From contig CAZQDE010000005.1 in the NCBI GenBank assembly GCA_964591485.1, positions 6,625-70,624 on the forward strand: a stretch of 64,000 nucleotides of DNA. Reading direction: 5' to 3'. The translations under genes were made by a program, and so were the position numbers. This stretch comes from an uncultured Anaerolineaceae bacterium. Its GTDB lineage: Bacteria; Chloroflexota; Anaerolineae; Anaerolineales; E44-bin32. Position 1 is the first letter of the stretch; every line of letters starts with the position of its first letter. The notes beneath the pieces are model-generated. The model saw only the letters and a list, made by a program, of their open reading frames with translations, was not told the DNA's origin and ran no database searches. Shown piece by piece: positions 1 through 11,219 of the stretch.

Positions 1-718
1 GAACTCGCCGCATCGGGCCGCCCCCTGGAGCCGCCCATTTCGAGAGCGCCTGGGTAACCACCTCCAGCGCCCTCTCCCGCTCCATGGCCCCCACGATGGC
101 AACGACCATTCCCTGGGGACCGTACTCCCTGCGGTGAAATCTGCGCAGGGCAGCCGGCGTGAGCCTTCCAACGCTTTCCACATAGCCGTCCACAGGGACG
201 CGGTAGGGATGATCGGGATAGACCAGCTCATCGAAGGCCATCTGCGCCTGAGCGCCGGTGTCTTGGGCCCGGATGGCCAGAGAGGTCAGATGCTGGGATT
301 TCAGGCGCTCAACCTCCCGGGACGGGAAGGTCGGGCTTGAGAGCACCTCCTCCAGGAGTTCAAGCAGCAAGGGAAGATCCTCGGCCAGCGACTTTCCCTG
401 GAAGGAGGTGGAGTGCGCATTCGCCTGGAACCCCAATCGCGCTCCAACAGATTCGAGCGCCTCGAAGATTTCCTGGAAGCTGCGGCCCTCTGTTCCCCGC
501 ATGAGCGCCAGGGCCGTCAGGTGGGCTTGCCCCCAGCGCTCGGGCTCATCGGCCAGCGCGCCCGCCGTCAGATAGCCCGCCACAACAACGGAAGGGCTGG
601 CGAAGTTCTCCCGGATCAAGACCGTCACACCATTGTCCAGTTCCTCGCGGAGGATCGTCTCGGGTCCTGGCAAAGCGGATAGATCGAGCGTCGGCAGCGA
701 GTGTGTCTTCTCAGCCAT
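1..718 (-). CDS. M16-family peptidase, non-catalytic-type partner subunit (partial; C-terminus lies beyond the window start)
   Basis: Absent from the ORF track because it runs off the window. My minus-strand translation from the ATG at 718 reads [39 protein letters not shown]...GQAHLTALALMRGTEGRS. This is an M16-like N-terminal pattern without HxxEH. Its ATG overlaps the upstream M16 stop by 8 nt (ATGGCTGA). Confidence 0.75.
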   Translation of the reverse strand, partial: MAEKTHSLPTLDLSALPGPETILREELDNGVTVLIRENFASPSVVVAGYLTAGALADEPERWGQAHLTALALMRGTEGRSFQEIFEALESVGARLGFQANAHSTSFQGKSLAEDLPLLLELLEEVLSSPTFPSREVERLKSQHLTSLAIRAQDTGAQAQMAFDELVYPDHPYRVPVDGYVESVGRLTPAALRRFHRREYGPQGMVVAIVGAMERERALEVVTQALSKWAAPGGGPMRRV

Positions 719-2039
719 GCGCGGCCCCGCCCTGAGGATGGTAGAAACCTACCGTTCGGTTTGAACGTCGGAGATACTTCCGGGCACATTCTAAGGTTTG
801 CTCCGCACTGATCTCCGAAAGGCGCCCGAGATAGCCCTCAAACCAGCCGTAATCCGCAAACATCTCGCTGAAGCCCAGCCAGAAGGCCTGCTGTGTGACG
901 CTTTCACTGCTATAGGCGAACAGGGCTCGCGCCTGTTTAATCGCCTTCTCGAGTTCGGCCTGCTCAATGGGGGCGTCCAATAAGCGCTCGACTTCGGCAT
1001 CCAGGACCTCCAGCGCCTTAGAAGCCGATCGATCCGGTCGGACGGTGACATGCAAGGTGTAAAGGTAGGGATCGATCGTGGCTGCAAGCCCACCCTGGAC
1101 CGCCGCCGCCAGTTCGCCTTCTACCAGCGCACGGTAGAGGCGCGAGGTCTTGTTGGAAATTCCACTCGAGAAGAAGTGCAGCCCCGATGCACCTGCCAGA
1201 ACGCTGCCGAGCACGACCATGGCGAGGAAATCCGGATCTCCGGCTGCGGGGGCATGGTAGGCGACCTTCAAATAGGGCGTCTCCCCCGGGCCCTCCACGT
1301 TCACGATACGTTCCCCGCTCTGCTCGGGCTCGGGACGCGGCTTGAATTCCGGTCGCGGAGCTGGCGGCAAGGACCCGAAGATAGCCCGTATCCGGTCCAG
1401 CATCTTGCGAGGGCTGAAATTTCCCGCCATGGAAAGCACGGCGTTCGAAGGCACGTAATACCTGCGATAGTGCTGGTATAGGTCGTCCCGCGTCATCGTC
1501 TGCAGATCGACCAGATCGCCGATCACCTCATGGTGATACCCATGCACCCGGAAGGCAGCGGCCTGCACCTCTTCTGCCAGGCGGAAGGTGGGCTCGTTCT
1601 CATGACCTTGCCGCTCGGCAATCACAACCGTCCGCTCCGCCTCCACCTCCCGCTTGTTAAAGAGGCTATGGACCATACGATCCGCCTCGAGCCGCAACGC
1701 CAGGTCGATGCGGTCAGCCGGCATGGTCTCAAAGTAGGCGGTCCAATCCAGCCAGGTGAAGGCGTTCCAGGTGCCGCCATCACGGGAAATGGTGCGGTCG
1801 AGCTCCCCCGCGGGAAAGGTGGGGGTCCCCTTGAATTGCATGTGCTCGACCCAATGGGAGGCACCGGTGATCCCGGGGACCTCGTTGCGGGAGCCGACGC
1901 GGTACCAGATCCAGCAACTAATCAGGGGCGCCGTGCGTACCGGCATAAGCCGGACTTCCAGGCCATTCCTCAGGCGAACCCGCGTGAGGCCATCCTGCGG
2001 TTTGCGCATGCGTCCGCTACTTGCTGTTTGGCTTGCCAT
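711..2039 (-). CDS. M16-family zinc peptidase (pitrilysin/insulinase-like), catalytic-type subunit
   Basis: ORF 711..2120. It carries the inverted zincin motif HWVEH (HxxEH) followed by MQFKGT. The track start at 2120 overlaps ugd by about 100 nt, so internal ATGs at 2039 (MASQ) or 2009 (MRKPQDG) are more likely. The exact start is uncertain. Confidence 0.85.
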   Translation of the reverse strand: MASQTASSGRMRKPQDGLTRVRLRNGLEVRLMPVRTAPLISCWIWYRVGSRNEVPGITGASHWVEHMQFKGTPTFPAGELDRTISRDGGTWNAFTWLDWTAYFETMPADRIDLALRLEADRMVHSLFNKREVEAERTVVIAERQGHENEPTFRLAEEVQAAAFRVHGYHHEVIGDLVDLQTMTRDDLYQHYRRYYVPSNAVLSMAGNFSPRKMLDRIRAIFGSLPPAPRPEFKPRPEPEQSGERIVNVEGPGETPYLKVAYHAPAAGDPDFLAMVVLGSVLAGASGLHFFSSGISNKTSRLYRALVEGELAAAVQGGLAATIDPYLYTLHVTVRPDRSASKALEVLDAEVERLLDAPIEQAELEKAIKQARALFAYSSESVTQQAFWLGFSEMFADYGWFEGYLGRLSEISAEQTLECARKYLRRSNRTVGFYHPQGGAAHG

Positions 2040-3342
2040 CCGGGCCGTATCCACGGCCCACTGCCCGATAAGAGAACCCGAGGGCTGCCATCTGCTGAGG
2101 GTCGTAGATATTGCGCCCATCGATAACCACCGGATTCTGCATCAGGTCGCGGACGCGCTCCAAATCCAGATGCTTGAACTCGTTCCAGTCTGTGCAAACC
2201 ACCAGCGCTTCGCTGTTTTGCGCCAGGGCATAGGGATCCTCGGCCATCTCAATATCGGGGTTGAGCTTGGCGGCATGCGGCATGCCCACAGGATCGAAGG
2301 CCCTCACCACGGCCCCCTCCCGCTGCAGCCGCTTGGCCACTTCCAGCGCGGGTGCATCCCGCAGATCATCGGTATTGGGCTTGAAGGTCAATCCCAGCAG
2401 ACCGATCGTGCGCCCCTTGAGGTCGCCCAGGGCATCGCGCACCTTATCTACCAGCAATCGCCGGCGATCGGCGTTGATTTCCATCACGGCCTGCAACAGC
2501 TGGGGATTGCGCCCTTTCTCCTCGGCCATATGCGCCAGGGCTTTGACATCCTTGGGGAAGCATGAGCCACCATACCCCAGGCCGGCTTCGAGGAAGTGAG
2601 GACCGATACGAGGATCGTAGCCCATCCCAGTTCCGACTTCTTTAACATCCGCGCCCAGGGCCTCGCATATATTGGCGATCTCGTTGATGAATGAGATGCG
2701 CGTGGCAAGAAAGGCATTCGAGGCGTACTTGATCATTTCGGCTGTGCGGAGATCGGTGATCATAATCGGTGCCCGCAGTGGAAGATGAAGCTGGGCCACC
2801 TTCTCCGCTGCCTCTCGATCAAACGATCCCAAGATCGTTCGCGCCGGGTTCATGAAATCCAGGATCGCCGAGCCCTCCCGAAGGAATTCGGGACAGGAAA
2901 CGACCGCGAAGGGAATGGGGCTCTTCAGGTGTTCCCGGATGATGTCGGCCACCCAATCCCCCGTCCCCACTGGCACAGTGGATTTATTGACGATGATGGT
3001 TTCGGATTCCATGTATTCGGCGATGGAGATGGCGGCTGCACGCACATATTTGAGATCGGCCTCCCCATCGACGCCTTCGGGCGTGCCCACAGCGATGAAG
3101 ACAAACTCTGCCCCTTGGATGGCCTCTGGATAGGAGGTGGTAAAACTCAGCCTCTGGGCGGCGGCGTTGCGCGTGACCATCTCCTCTAACCCCGGCTCAT
3201 AAATAGGCAGCTTGCCTTGCTTGAGCCCCTCGATCTTCTCTTTGTCGATATCCAAGGCCACCACGCGGTTGCCCAGATCTGCAAATCCCGCCGCGGTGAC
3301 CAGCCCGACATACCCCACTCCGACGACTGCGATTCTCTTCAC
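2017..3342 (-). CDS. ugd: UDP-glucose 6-dehydrogenase
   Basis: N-terminal Rossmann motif [24 protein letters not shown]. It also has the catalytic-Cys context GGSCFPKDV, typical of the UDP-glucose/GDP-mannose dehydrogenase family. Length 441 aa. Confidence 0.9.
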   Translation of the reverse strand: MKRIAVVGVGYVGLVTAAGFADLGNRVVALDIDKEKIEGLKQGKLPIYEPGLEEMVTRNAAAQRLSFTTSYPEAIQGAEFVFIAVGTPEGVDGEADLKYVRAAAISIAEYMESETIIVNKSTVPVGTGDWVADIIREHLKSPIPFAVVSCPEFLREGSAILDFMNPARTILGSFDREAAEKVAQLHLPLRAPIMITDLRTAEMIKYASNAFLATRISFINEIANICEALGADVKEVGTGMGYDPRIGPHFLEAGLGYGGSCFPKDVKALAHMAEEKGRNPQLLQAVMEINADRRRLLVDKVRDALGDLKGRTIGLLGLTFKPNTDDLRDAPALEVAKRLQREGAVVRAFDPVGMPHAAKLNPDIEMAEDPYALAQNSEALVVCTDWNEFKHLDLERVRDLMQNPVVIDGRNIYDPQQMAALGFSYRAVGRGYGPDGKPNSK

Positions 3343-3452
3343 AGGTCCTCCCTATGCCACGGTTCGTCCGGCGTTTAGGCGCAATCATACCATGCCACCA
3401 AGTGGAGGCAACCAGTCGTAAAAGGTCACTATCCTGCTGTGACACTTTTCAC

Positions 3453-3481
3453 TTGCTGCCCCTCTCCCCAGGACTTACACT
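3453..3481 (+). promoter_or_regulatory. Putative sigma-70-type promoter of the Rrf2 regulator gene (TTGCTG-N17-TACACT)
   Basis: Hexamers at 3453-3458 and 3476-3481 with a 17-nt spacer. The site lies in the divergent ugd/rrf2 intergenic region, about 60 nt upstream of the ATG at 3543. Confidence 0.35.
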
Positions 3482-3542
3482 GGGTCTGAAATAGACAACT
3501 CCTATCCTGAAGGGCAAAGAAAGCTGCCGATCGGAGGCCGGG

Positions 3543-3941
3543 ATGCAGATCACACGGCAAGCGGACTACGCGGTGCGCGCGGTCCTGTACTTGGCTGGGC
3601 TGAACAACGGGCAGCGGGCACCAACGAGCGAGATCGCCCGCGAACAGAGGATACCCCCCTCCTTCTTGGCGAAGATCATCTCCCAGCTCTCGGTCGCGGG
3701 CGTCGTTCAAACCTCGCGCGGCGCGCGGGGCGGCGTCTCACTCGCCCGGCCGTCGGAGGAGATCTCGCTGCTGGAGGTGATCGAGGCCATCGATGGGCCC
3801 ATCATGCTCAATGAATGTGTCCTCGACCCAAAGGCCTGCATATTTGGCGAGAAGTGCCCTGTGCAGCCGATCTGGTGCGATGCCCAGGCTCAGCTCGTGC
3901 GCCGTCTGGAAGGAACAAACTTCGCCTCTCTGGCCAGCTAG
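3543..3941 (+). CDS. Rrf2-family transcriptional regulator (IscR/NsrR-like, three-Cys cluster motif)
   Basis: MQITRQADYAVRAVLYLA...SEIAREQRIPPSFLAKIISQL is a winged-helix N-terminus. The C-terminal CVLDPKACIFGEKCPV provides three Cys spaced as in Fe-S binding Rrf2 proteins. Confidence 0.9.
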   Translation: MQITRQADYAVRAVLYLAGLNNGQRAPTSEIAREQRIPPSFLAKIISQLSVAGVVQTSRGARGGVSLARPSEEISLLEVIEAIDGPIMLNECVLDPKACIFGEKCPVQPIWCDAQAQLVRRLEGTNFASLAS

Positions 3942-4066
3942 CCGCCTCCAGCTATAGCCCTATCAGCAGCACTCTCAAGTACCCTCGGAGCAAGAAGGCC
4001 AGCACCCACCCCGGCGCGCTGGCCTTCGTTTCGCCCGATCATCTGTTTCCCGCGAGACCGTGATAG

Positions 4067-4095
4067 TTGGATGGGGTTCGCAGAGGTCCTATAAT
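4067..4095 (+). promoter_or_regulatory. Putative sigma-70-type promoter of the nitroreductase gene (TTGGAT-N17-TATAAT)
   Basis: TTGGAT at 4067-4072, a 17-nt spacer, and a consensus TATAAT at 4090-4095. A GGAGA ribosome-binding site and the ATG at 4124 follow downstream. Confidence 0.45.
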
Positions 4096-4108
4096 GATCA
4101 TAGGACCT
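4084..4108. promoter_or_regulatory. Perfect 9-7-9 inverted repeat (AGGTCCTAT-aatgatc-ATAGGACCT) overlapping the -10 box; candidate operator
   Basis: The arms at 4084-4092 and 4100-4108 are exact reverse complements. The repeat covers TATAAT at 4090-4095 and the expected transcription start. It lies immediately downstream of the Rrf2 regulator gene. Confidence 0.5.
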
Positions 4109-4123
4109 GAACAGAGGAGACCC

Positions 4124-4636
4124 ATGGACGTTGCAGAGGCCATTCGGCTCAAGAGAGCCATCCGTGTGTTCAAGGATGAACCCCTGCCGGAAGAAGCTGT
4201 GCAGAAAATCCTTTGGGCTGGCCGTAGAGCCCAATCTTCTAAGAATACCCAGCCCTGGCAATTCATCGCCATCACGGATGGCGATCTGCTTCGCAGGCTA
4301 TCTGAACTCGGCACCTACGCAGGACACCTTGCCGGCGCGGCCCTCGGCGTGGCCATCCTCACGCCGGATCCGAGCCAGCGCTGGTCGATCATGTTTGACG
4401 CCGGCCAAGCAGCCGCCTACATGCAGCTCGCCGCGTGGGAAATGGGCATCGGATCATGCATAGCCACAATCTACCAACCTGAGCAGGCACGCGAGCTTCT
4501 GGACTTTCCGGAGGCCTTCCATCTCCATGTAGCACTCTCGTTCGGCTACCCTGCCGACCCATCAGCACTCATCGAGCCCCCGCAGGCGGGGGGGCGCAAA
4601 CCCATGGACGAAATCATCCATTGGAACGGCTGGTAG
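4124..4636 (+). CDS. Nitroreductase-family protein
   Basis: [42 protein letters not shown] is the typical nitroreductase N-terminal signature. I chose the ATG at 4124 (RBS AGGAGA) because the track start at 4067 (TTG) sits on the predicted promoter. Confidence 0.85.
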   Translation: MDVAEAIRLKRAIRVFKDEPLPEEAVQKILWAGRRAQSSKNTQPWQFIAITDGDLLRRLSELGTYAGHLAGAALGVAILTPDPSQRWSIMFDAGQAAAYMQLAAWEMGIGSCIATIYQPEQARELLDFPEAFHLHVALSFGYPADPSALIEPPQAGGRKPMDEIIHWNGW

Positions 4637-4809
4637 ACGCAGAAGCCCTGTATGAGGTGGAGAGTCGAAGCCCAGGTGCAGCGAGACCGACGGAGACGAA
4701 AGGAGACGAGCGAACGCACCTCACCTCGGAAGCTGTTCCCCGAGGCGCAGATCAAGGACACAAGCGCATCGAGATTTCTTTGCAAATCCGGGCTGGATGG
4801 AGGAAAGCC

Positions 4810-6465
4810 ATGACGAAACCACGCCAAGTGCGTGCACCCCGCGGCACTCAGCTTACCTGCAAGAACTGGCAGATCGAGGCTGCCTATCGCATGATTCAAA
4901 ACAACCTCGACCCCGAGGTGGCCGAGAAGCCCGAAGAACTCATCGTCTATGGCGGACGCGGCCAGGCGGCGCGGGATTGGGATTCCTTCGAGGCCATTCT
5001 GGAGTCACTTCGCAAGCTGGAGCCAGATGAGACCTTGCTCGTGCAATCAGGAAAGCCAGTGGCGATCTTCCGCACTCATGAGGATGCCCCACGCGTGCTG
5101 ATCGCCAACTCCAACCTTGTTCCTGCCTGGGCCACCCAGGAGCATTTCGACGAACTGGCAGCTAAAGGCTTGATCATGTATGGCCAGATGACTGCCGGTT
5201 CCTGGATCTATATCGGCACCCAGGGGATCCTTCAGGGGACCTATGAGACCCTGGGGTCCTTGGCGCGGCAATGCGGGTGGGCATCCTTGAAGGGCAAATT
5301 CGTCCTCACCGCCGGCCTGGGGGGCATGGGGGGAGCGCAGCCGCTGGCCATTACCATGAATGAAGGCGTGGGTCTGATCGTGGAAGTCGACCCCGCCCGG
5401 GCCATGCGGCGACTTGAGCAGGGCTATGTCCAGCACGTCGTCGACGAACTCGAAGAGGCCATGACCCTGGTTGAGGAAGCCCTTGATCAGGAACGGCCCC
5501 ATTCGGTGGGGCTGATCGGCAACGCCGCCGACGTTTACCCGGAATTGGCCCTACGTGGCGTGATCCCTGATGTGGTCACCGACCAGACCCCGGCCCATGA
5601 CGTCCACTCCTATATCCCCCACGGTCTCACGCTCGAGGAAGCCAGCGCCCTGCGGCAATCCGACCACGAGGCGTATGCCCGCAAGGCCATGGCCTCCATG
5701 GCGCGCCACGTAGAAGCCATGCTGGCCTTCCAACGCTCGGGCGCCGTGGTCTTCGACTATGGCAATAACATCCGCCAGCGCGCGTATGACCAGGGTGTGA
5801 GGGACGCATTCGCATTCCCGGGTTTCGTGCCGGCCTACATCCGTCCCCTCTTCTGCCTTGGCAAGGGGCCTTTCCGATGGGTAGCACTGTCTGGTGATCC
5901 GGAGGATATCTACCGCACCGACGCGGCCGTGATGGAGCTCTTCCCGGAGGATGAGCACCTGCATCGCTGGCTAAGGGTGGCGCGCGAGAAAGTGCCCTTC
6001 CAGGGACTTCCCGCCCGCATCTGCTGGCTGGGTTACGGCGAGCGAGCCAAAGCCGGACTGCGCTTTAACGAGATGGTGGCCAAAGGGGAGCTGAAGGCCC
6101 CGATTGTGATCGGCCGCGACCACCTCGACGCCGGGTCCGTGGCCTCGCCCAATCGCGAGACCGAGGGCATGCTGGATGGCTCGGATGCCATCAGCGACTG
6201 GCCATTGCTGAACGCCATGATCAATGCGGTGGGCGGCGCCACCTGGGTTTCCTTCCATCACGGGGGCGGAGTGGGCATCGGCTACAGCCAGCATGCCGGG
6301 CAGGTCATCGTGGCTGATGGCTCGCCGCAGGCAGCAGCCCGGCTGGAGCGCGTGCTCACCACCGACCCTGGCCTGGGGATCGTGCGACATGCGGATGCCG
6401 GCTACCCTGAAGCCATCGAGGCTGCCCGCAGGCATGGCCTGAAAATGCCCATGCCGCCCTCCTGA
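4810..6465 (+). CDS. hutU: Urocanate hydratase
   Basis: [57 protein letters not shown] is the canonical urocanase N-terminus. The ATG at 4810 follows GGAGGAAAGCC. The track ORF (4621) carries a non-homologous N-terminal extension. Confidence 0.95.
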   Translation: MTKPRQVRAPRGTQLTCKNWQIEAAYRMIQNNLDPEVAEKPEELIVYGGRGQAARDWDSFEAILESLRKLEPDETLLVQSGKPVAIFRTHEDAPRVLIANSNLVPAWATQEHFDELAAKGLIMYGQMTAGSWIYIGTQGILQGTYETLGSLARQCGWASLKGKFVLTAGLGGMGGAQPLAITMNEGVGLIVEVDPARAMRRLEQGYVQHVVDELEEAMTLVEEALDQERPHSVGLIGNAADVYPELALRGVIPDVVTDQTPAHDVHSYIPHGLTLEEASALRQSDHEAYARKAMASMARHVEAMLAFQRSGAVVFDYGNNIRQRAYDQGVRDAFAFPGFVPAYIRPLFCLGKGPFRWVALSGDPEDIYRTDAAVMELFPEDEHLHRWLRVAREKVPFQGLPARICWLGYGERAKAGLRFNEMVAKGELKAPIVIGRDHLDAGSVASPNRETEGMLDGSDAISDWPLLNAMINAVGGATWVSFHHGGGVGIGYSQHAGQVIVADGSPQAAARLERVLTTDPGLGIVRHADAGYPEAIEAARRHGLKMPMPPS

Positions 6466-6513
6466 ACGCCACGGCCGTCTGAGTGGGCAGGGTTTCGAGG
6501 TACAATCAAACCC

Positions 6514-7110
6514 ATGTCGCGCCCCTTCTGGATGGCGGTTGCCTTGGTTGGGCTGGCATCCATCGCTGCAAGCTTTGGCCCCGCCGAACAGGCACTGGGC
6601 ATCCACGTGCGTTGGGTCTACCTGCATGGCGCCTGGGTGTGGACAGCATTGGTGGCCTTTGGCGCCGCCGGCCTGCTGGGCCTGGCAGGGTTGCTCCCAC
6701 GAAATCGGAGATTCTCCGCATGGTCCGTGGCCTTCGGCCAGACGGGGCTGCTGTTCTGGCTCAGCTATCTTCCCATCAGCCTCTGGACCATGCAGGCCAA
6801 TTGGAATGGGCTCTATCTGGCGGAACCGCGCTTCCGCATCGGCGTGGATTTTGCCATCTCTGGCTTGCTCTTGCAGATAGCTATCTTGCTGCTGAAGCGT
6901 CCCCGCCTATCTGGAGGGCTGAATTCGGCCTTCGCAGCCTCGCTGTTCTATGTGCTGCTGAGAGCCGACCAGGTGATGCATCCACCCTCTCCGATCCTGA
7001 CCTCCAACTCGTCCGCCATCCGTGTCTTCTTCCTGGGGATGGTGGTGATCTTGGTAATGGCTGGCCTCGCCTTGGGAGTCGGCCTTCACCGGCGGCAACA
7101 AGAGGCCTGA
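6514..7110 (+). CDS. Hypothetical polytopic membrane protein (about 6 hydrophobic segments)
   Basis: 198-aa ORF with repeated hydrophobic stretches (AVALVGLASIAASF, WVWTALVAFGAAGLLGLAGLL, GLLFWLSYLPISLW, ISGLLLQIAILLL, VFFLGMVVILVMAGLALGV). I recognise no family. It is wedged between hutU and hutI. Confidence 0.6.
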   Translation: MSRPFWMAVALVGLASIAASFGPAEQALGIHVRWVYLHGAWVWTALVAFGAAGLLGLAGLLPRNRRFSAWSVAFGQTGLLFWLSYLPISLWTMQANWNGLYLAEPRFRIGVDFAISGLLLQIAILLLKRPRLSGGLNSAFAASLFYVLLRADQVMHPPSPILTSNSSAIRVFFLGMVVILVMAGLALGVGLHRRQQEA

Positions 7111-7185
7111 CCTGAAGAGAGCGATAGGCGATAGAACCTCCACGTCCAGCGCGCCCGTTGCCTGGCCAAGCGTAGGATAGACATC

Positions 7186-8505
7186 ATGTCTCCCGAATCA
7201 GCTCCTCAGCATGATCCCGAAGCCATCGACTTGCTCGTACATTCCGCCGGGCAGCTTGCCACGCCCATCGGCGGGCCTCAACGCGGTAGCCAGCTTGGGG
7301 AACTGCGACTTCTCGTCGACGGCGCGGTGGCCATCCGCGATGGGCAGATTGTGGATCTCGGCTCCACAGCGGATCTGCGCTCGCGCTACGAAGCCGATCG
7401 CCTCCTGGACGCGAACGGCGGCGTGATTGTGCCTGGATTCATCGACCCCCATACACACCTGGTGTGGGCCGGTGACCGCGCCGCCGAGTTCGAAATGCGA
7501 ATCGCCGGCGCCAGCTATATGGAGATCATGGCCGCGGGCGGCGGGATCGCCCGTACCGTCCGGGACAGCCGCGCCGCAAGCCTCGATAGCCTGGTCGTGC
7601 AATCCCATGCGAGAGCTCAGCGCATGCTGGCCTACGGCACCACGACGGCCGAGGCCAAGACGGGCTACGGCCTGGCCACCGAGAGCGAACTCAAGCTCCT
7701 GGAAGCCACTCTGCGCCTGGATGCGCTTGAGCCTCTGGAGATTATGCCGACATTTCTCGGGGCCCACGCCTTGCCACCCGAGTTGGCGCCGCTGGGCGCC
7801 GAGGGATACGTTCGCTATACCGATCTAATCGTAGAGGAAATGCTGCCCGCCGTGCTCAAGTGGTGGCAGGAGCACGCGCCCGATCGACCACTCCCATTTG
7901 TGGATGTCTTCTGCGAGCAGGGCGCATTCAGTTTGGCGCAAGCGCGTCAGATCCTGGAGCGGGCGAAAGCGCTCGGATTCCCATTGAAAATCCACGCGGA
8001 TGAGTTCGCAGGTCTGGGCGGGACAGCCCTGGCAGTCGAGCTGGGCGCCACCTCGGCCGATCATCTTGTGCATCCGCGCGAGGGGGACATCTCGGCGCTG
8101 GGCGCCTCCGACACAGTCGCCGTCGCCCTTCCATGCACGCCTTTCGGCTTGGCTGAGACAGACTACACCCCCGCTCAGGCCATTCTGGAAGCGGACGGAT
8201 TGCTGGCGCTGGCCACCGATCTCAACCCAGGAACGGCCTGGTGCGAGAGCATGCAGATGGTCATCGCACTGGCCTGCCGCTACATGCGCCTCACCCCTGC
8301 GCAGGCCTTATGCGCGGCAACCATTAACGCTGCCGCCGCGCTTGGCCGCCAGGAAGATCTGGGAAGCCTGGAAGTGGGTAAGCAGGCGGACCTGCTCATT
8401 CTTGCGGCGCCGGACTATCGCCATCTGGGCTATCGGTTTGGCACGAATCTGGTATCCCTTGTTATCAAGAGAGGTGTGCCCGTATACCAAGGCGACGAGG
8501 TGTAA
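7186..8505 (+). CDS. hutI: Imidazolonepropionase
   Basis: VPGFIDPHTHLVWAGDRAAEFEMRIAGASYMEIMAAGGGI is an amidohydrolase HxH motif in a HutI-specific context. It sits next to hutU. Confidence 0.95.
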   Translation: MSPESAPQHDPEAIDLLVHSAGQLATPIGGPQRGSQLGELRLLVDGAVAIRDGQIVDLGSTADLRSRYEADRLLDANGGVIVPGFIDPHTHLVWAGDRAAEFEMRIAGASYMEIMAAGGGIARTVRDSRAASLDSLVVQSHARAQRMLAYGTTTAEAKTGYGLATESELKLLEATLRLDALEPLEIMPTFLGAHALPPELAPLGAEGYVRYTDLIVEEMLPAVLKWWQEHAPDRPLPFVDVFCEQGAFSLAQARQILERAKALGFPLKIHADEFAGLGGTALAVELGATSADHLVHPREGDISALGASDTVAVALPCTPFGLAETDYTPAQAILEADGLLALATDLNPGTAWCESMQMVIALACRYMRLTPAQALCAATINAAAALGRQEDLGSLEVGKQADLLILAAPDYRHLGYRFGTNLVSLVIKRGVPVYQGDEV

Positions 8506-8511
8506 CCCGAT

Positions 8512-8688
8512 ATGCCCATCCTGGAGAACTTCCGCCCCGAATACATCATCCTGGGCCTGGCCGCGCTCGTGGTGGCCTGGTTCCTGCTGCGATTCCTGCT
8601 GCGGCTGACCGCCAGGGTGTTCACATGCGGCTGCCTGCTGATCGCGCTGGCAAGTGTCGGCCTGCTTCTTTTCCGATTTGTGTTCTAG
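8512..8688 (+). CDS. Possible small hydrophobic protein (58 aa), not in the ORF track
   Basis: ATG lies 7 nt after the hutI stop. My translation is MPILENFRPEYIILGLAALVVAWFLLRFLLRLTARVFTCGCLLIALASVGLLLFRFVF, giving two hydrophobic helices. A hairpin terminator follows. There is no homology evidence. Confidence 0.3.
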   Translation: MPILENFRPEYIILGLAALVVAWFLLRFLLRLTARVFTCGCLLIALASVGLLLFRFVF

Positions 8689-8767
8689 CTATGAACGCGC
8701 CATCGGATGACCGAGGGCGCGATAGAGACACTCGTGCTCGACGCTCCCAGGCTTGAAAAAGAGCTGT

Positions 8768-8807
8768 GATCCCCCGCATCCCTCTCAATCCGGGGGATCT
8801 TTGATTG
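8768..8807. terminator. Hairpin between convergent genes (GATCCCCCG...CGGGGGATC followed by TTTGATTG); possible bidirectional terminator
   Basis: 9-bp perfect arms at 8768-8776 and 8791-8799. A T-run follows on the plus strand, and a CTCTTTTT run lies a few nt downstream on the minus strand. The hairpin sits between the hutI/small ORF (+) and the pspC-domain gene (-). Confidence 0.4.
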
Positions 8808-8814
8808 CAGATCT

Positions 8815-9015
8815 TCACGCTTCCTTGGGAATCACGATCCAGCAGATCAGGTAGGGGATAAGTCCTGGGATGCCGCCTGGCAGGGCTGCCAGCAGGAACC
8901 CAAGCCTAAACCAGAAGGGGGAAATCCCGAAGAACTCCCCAAGCCCACCGCAAACTCCCGCCAACACCCGGTCTCGCCGCGACCGGCGCAGCACTTTCCC
9001 ATCCATGCCTGCCAT
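8815..9015 (-). CDS. PspC-domain-containing small membrane protein
   Basis: RDRVLAGVCGGLGEFFGISPFWFRLGFLLAAL...LICWIVIP matches the PspC-domain pattern. Length 66 aa. Confidence 0.8.
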   Translation of the reverse strand: MAGMDGKVLRRSRRDRVLAGVCGGLGEFFGISPFWFRLGFLLAALPGGIPGLIPYLICWIVIPKEA

Positions 9016-9123
9016 TCCGTCCCTCCTGACTGCTCATCGCATGGACCGAAACCTTCACTCGCATTCATTCCCTATACGCATTCCGCGAACATGGGTCGCG
9101 GGAGCTGCAAGGTGGCTTTCCCA

Positions 9124-9159
9124 GGAAACAGAATGGGGCCGTCCTGTGCGGACGGCCCC
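9124..9159 (-). terminator. Rho-independent terminator of groESL
   Basis: Minus strand reads GGGGCCGTCC-gcaca-GGACGGCCCC followed by ATTCTGTTTCC. The 10-bp perfect stem occupies 9135-9159. It lies 26 nt downstream of the groEL stop. Confidence 0.6.
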
Positions 9160-9184
9160 ATCGAGGATGCTTGCGTTCGCCGGC

Positions 9185-10816
<1,632 letters not shown>

Positions 10817-10873
10817 AGCTCCATCGCTCCTATCGTACGGTATCGTTGAGATGCGAATGACCCTATCGGACGC

Positions 10874-11170
10874 CTAGGACTCAAGCACCGCCAGGATGTC
10901 GCTCTCACGCAGAATGAGCAGTTTCTCGTCATCCATCTTGATCTCCGTGCCAGCGTACTTGGCAAAAAGGACCTTGTCCTTAACGGAGACCTCCATGGGG
11001 ATGCGATTGCCCTTGTCGTCGCGGGCACCCGGACCTACGGCGAGCACCTCGCCCCGTTGGGGCTTCTCCTTCGCCGTTTCGGGGAGCACGATGCCGCTCG
11101 GGGTGACCTCTTCCTCTTCCAGGGGCTTGACCACCAAGCGATCGGCTAGAGGTTTAATCTTGAGTGCCAT
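10874..11170 (-). CDS. groES: Co-chaperonin GroES
   Basis: [49 protein letters not shown] chose the ATG at 11170 because it is preceded by GAGGAGGG. The track start at 11215 adds a non-homologous extension. Confidence 0.95.
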   Translation of the reverse strand: MALKIKPLADRLVVKPLEEEEVTPSGIVLPETAKEKPQRGEVLAVGPGARDDKGNRIPMEVSVKDKVLFAKYAGTEIKMDDEKLLILRESDILAVLES

Positions 11171-11219
11171 GCCGACCCTCCTCAATTGAATGTTGTTATG
11201 TGATGGCTTCTGCACGACG

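Noticed and set aside
4621-4809. N-terminal extensions in the ORF track for hutU, and likewise for groES 11215, acyP 18997, nuoI 25534, nuoF 30235, cdd 41918, recO 41266, glmU 44392, the ATPase 46164, dppB 52963 and trmD 61134
   Set aside because: The extensions overlap upstream genes or promoters and lack homology-like sequence. In each case an internal ATG with a GGAGG-type RBS or an ATGA/8-nt coupling overlap begins exactly where the conserved family N-terminus starts.
6514-7110. Possible cytochrome c biogenesis (CcsA/CcmC-like) identity of the hut-embedded membrane protein, because of the Trp-containing segment LWTMQANWNGLYLAEPR
   Set aside because: The segment does not match the WGxxWxWD tryptophan-rich heme-handling motif. 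No flanking conserved His residues in the expected pattern were evident. The protein is kept as hypothetical.
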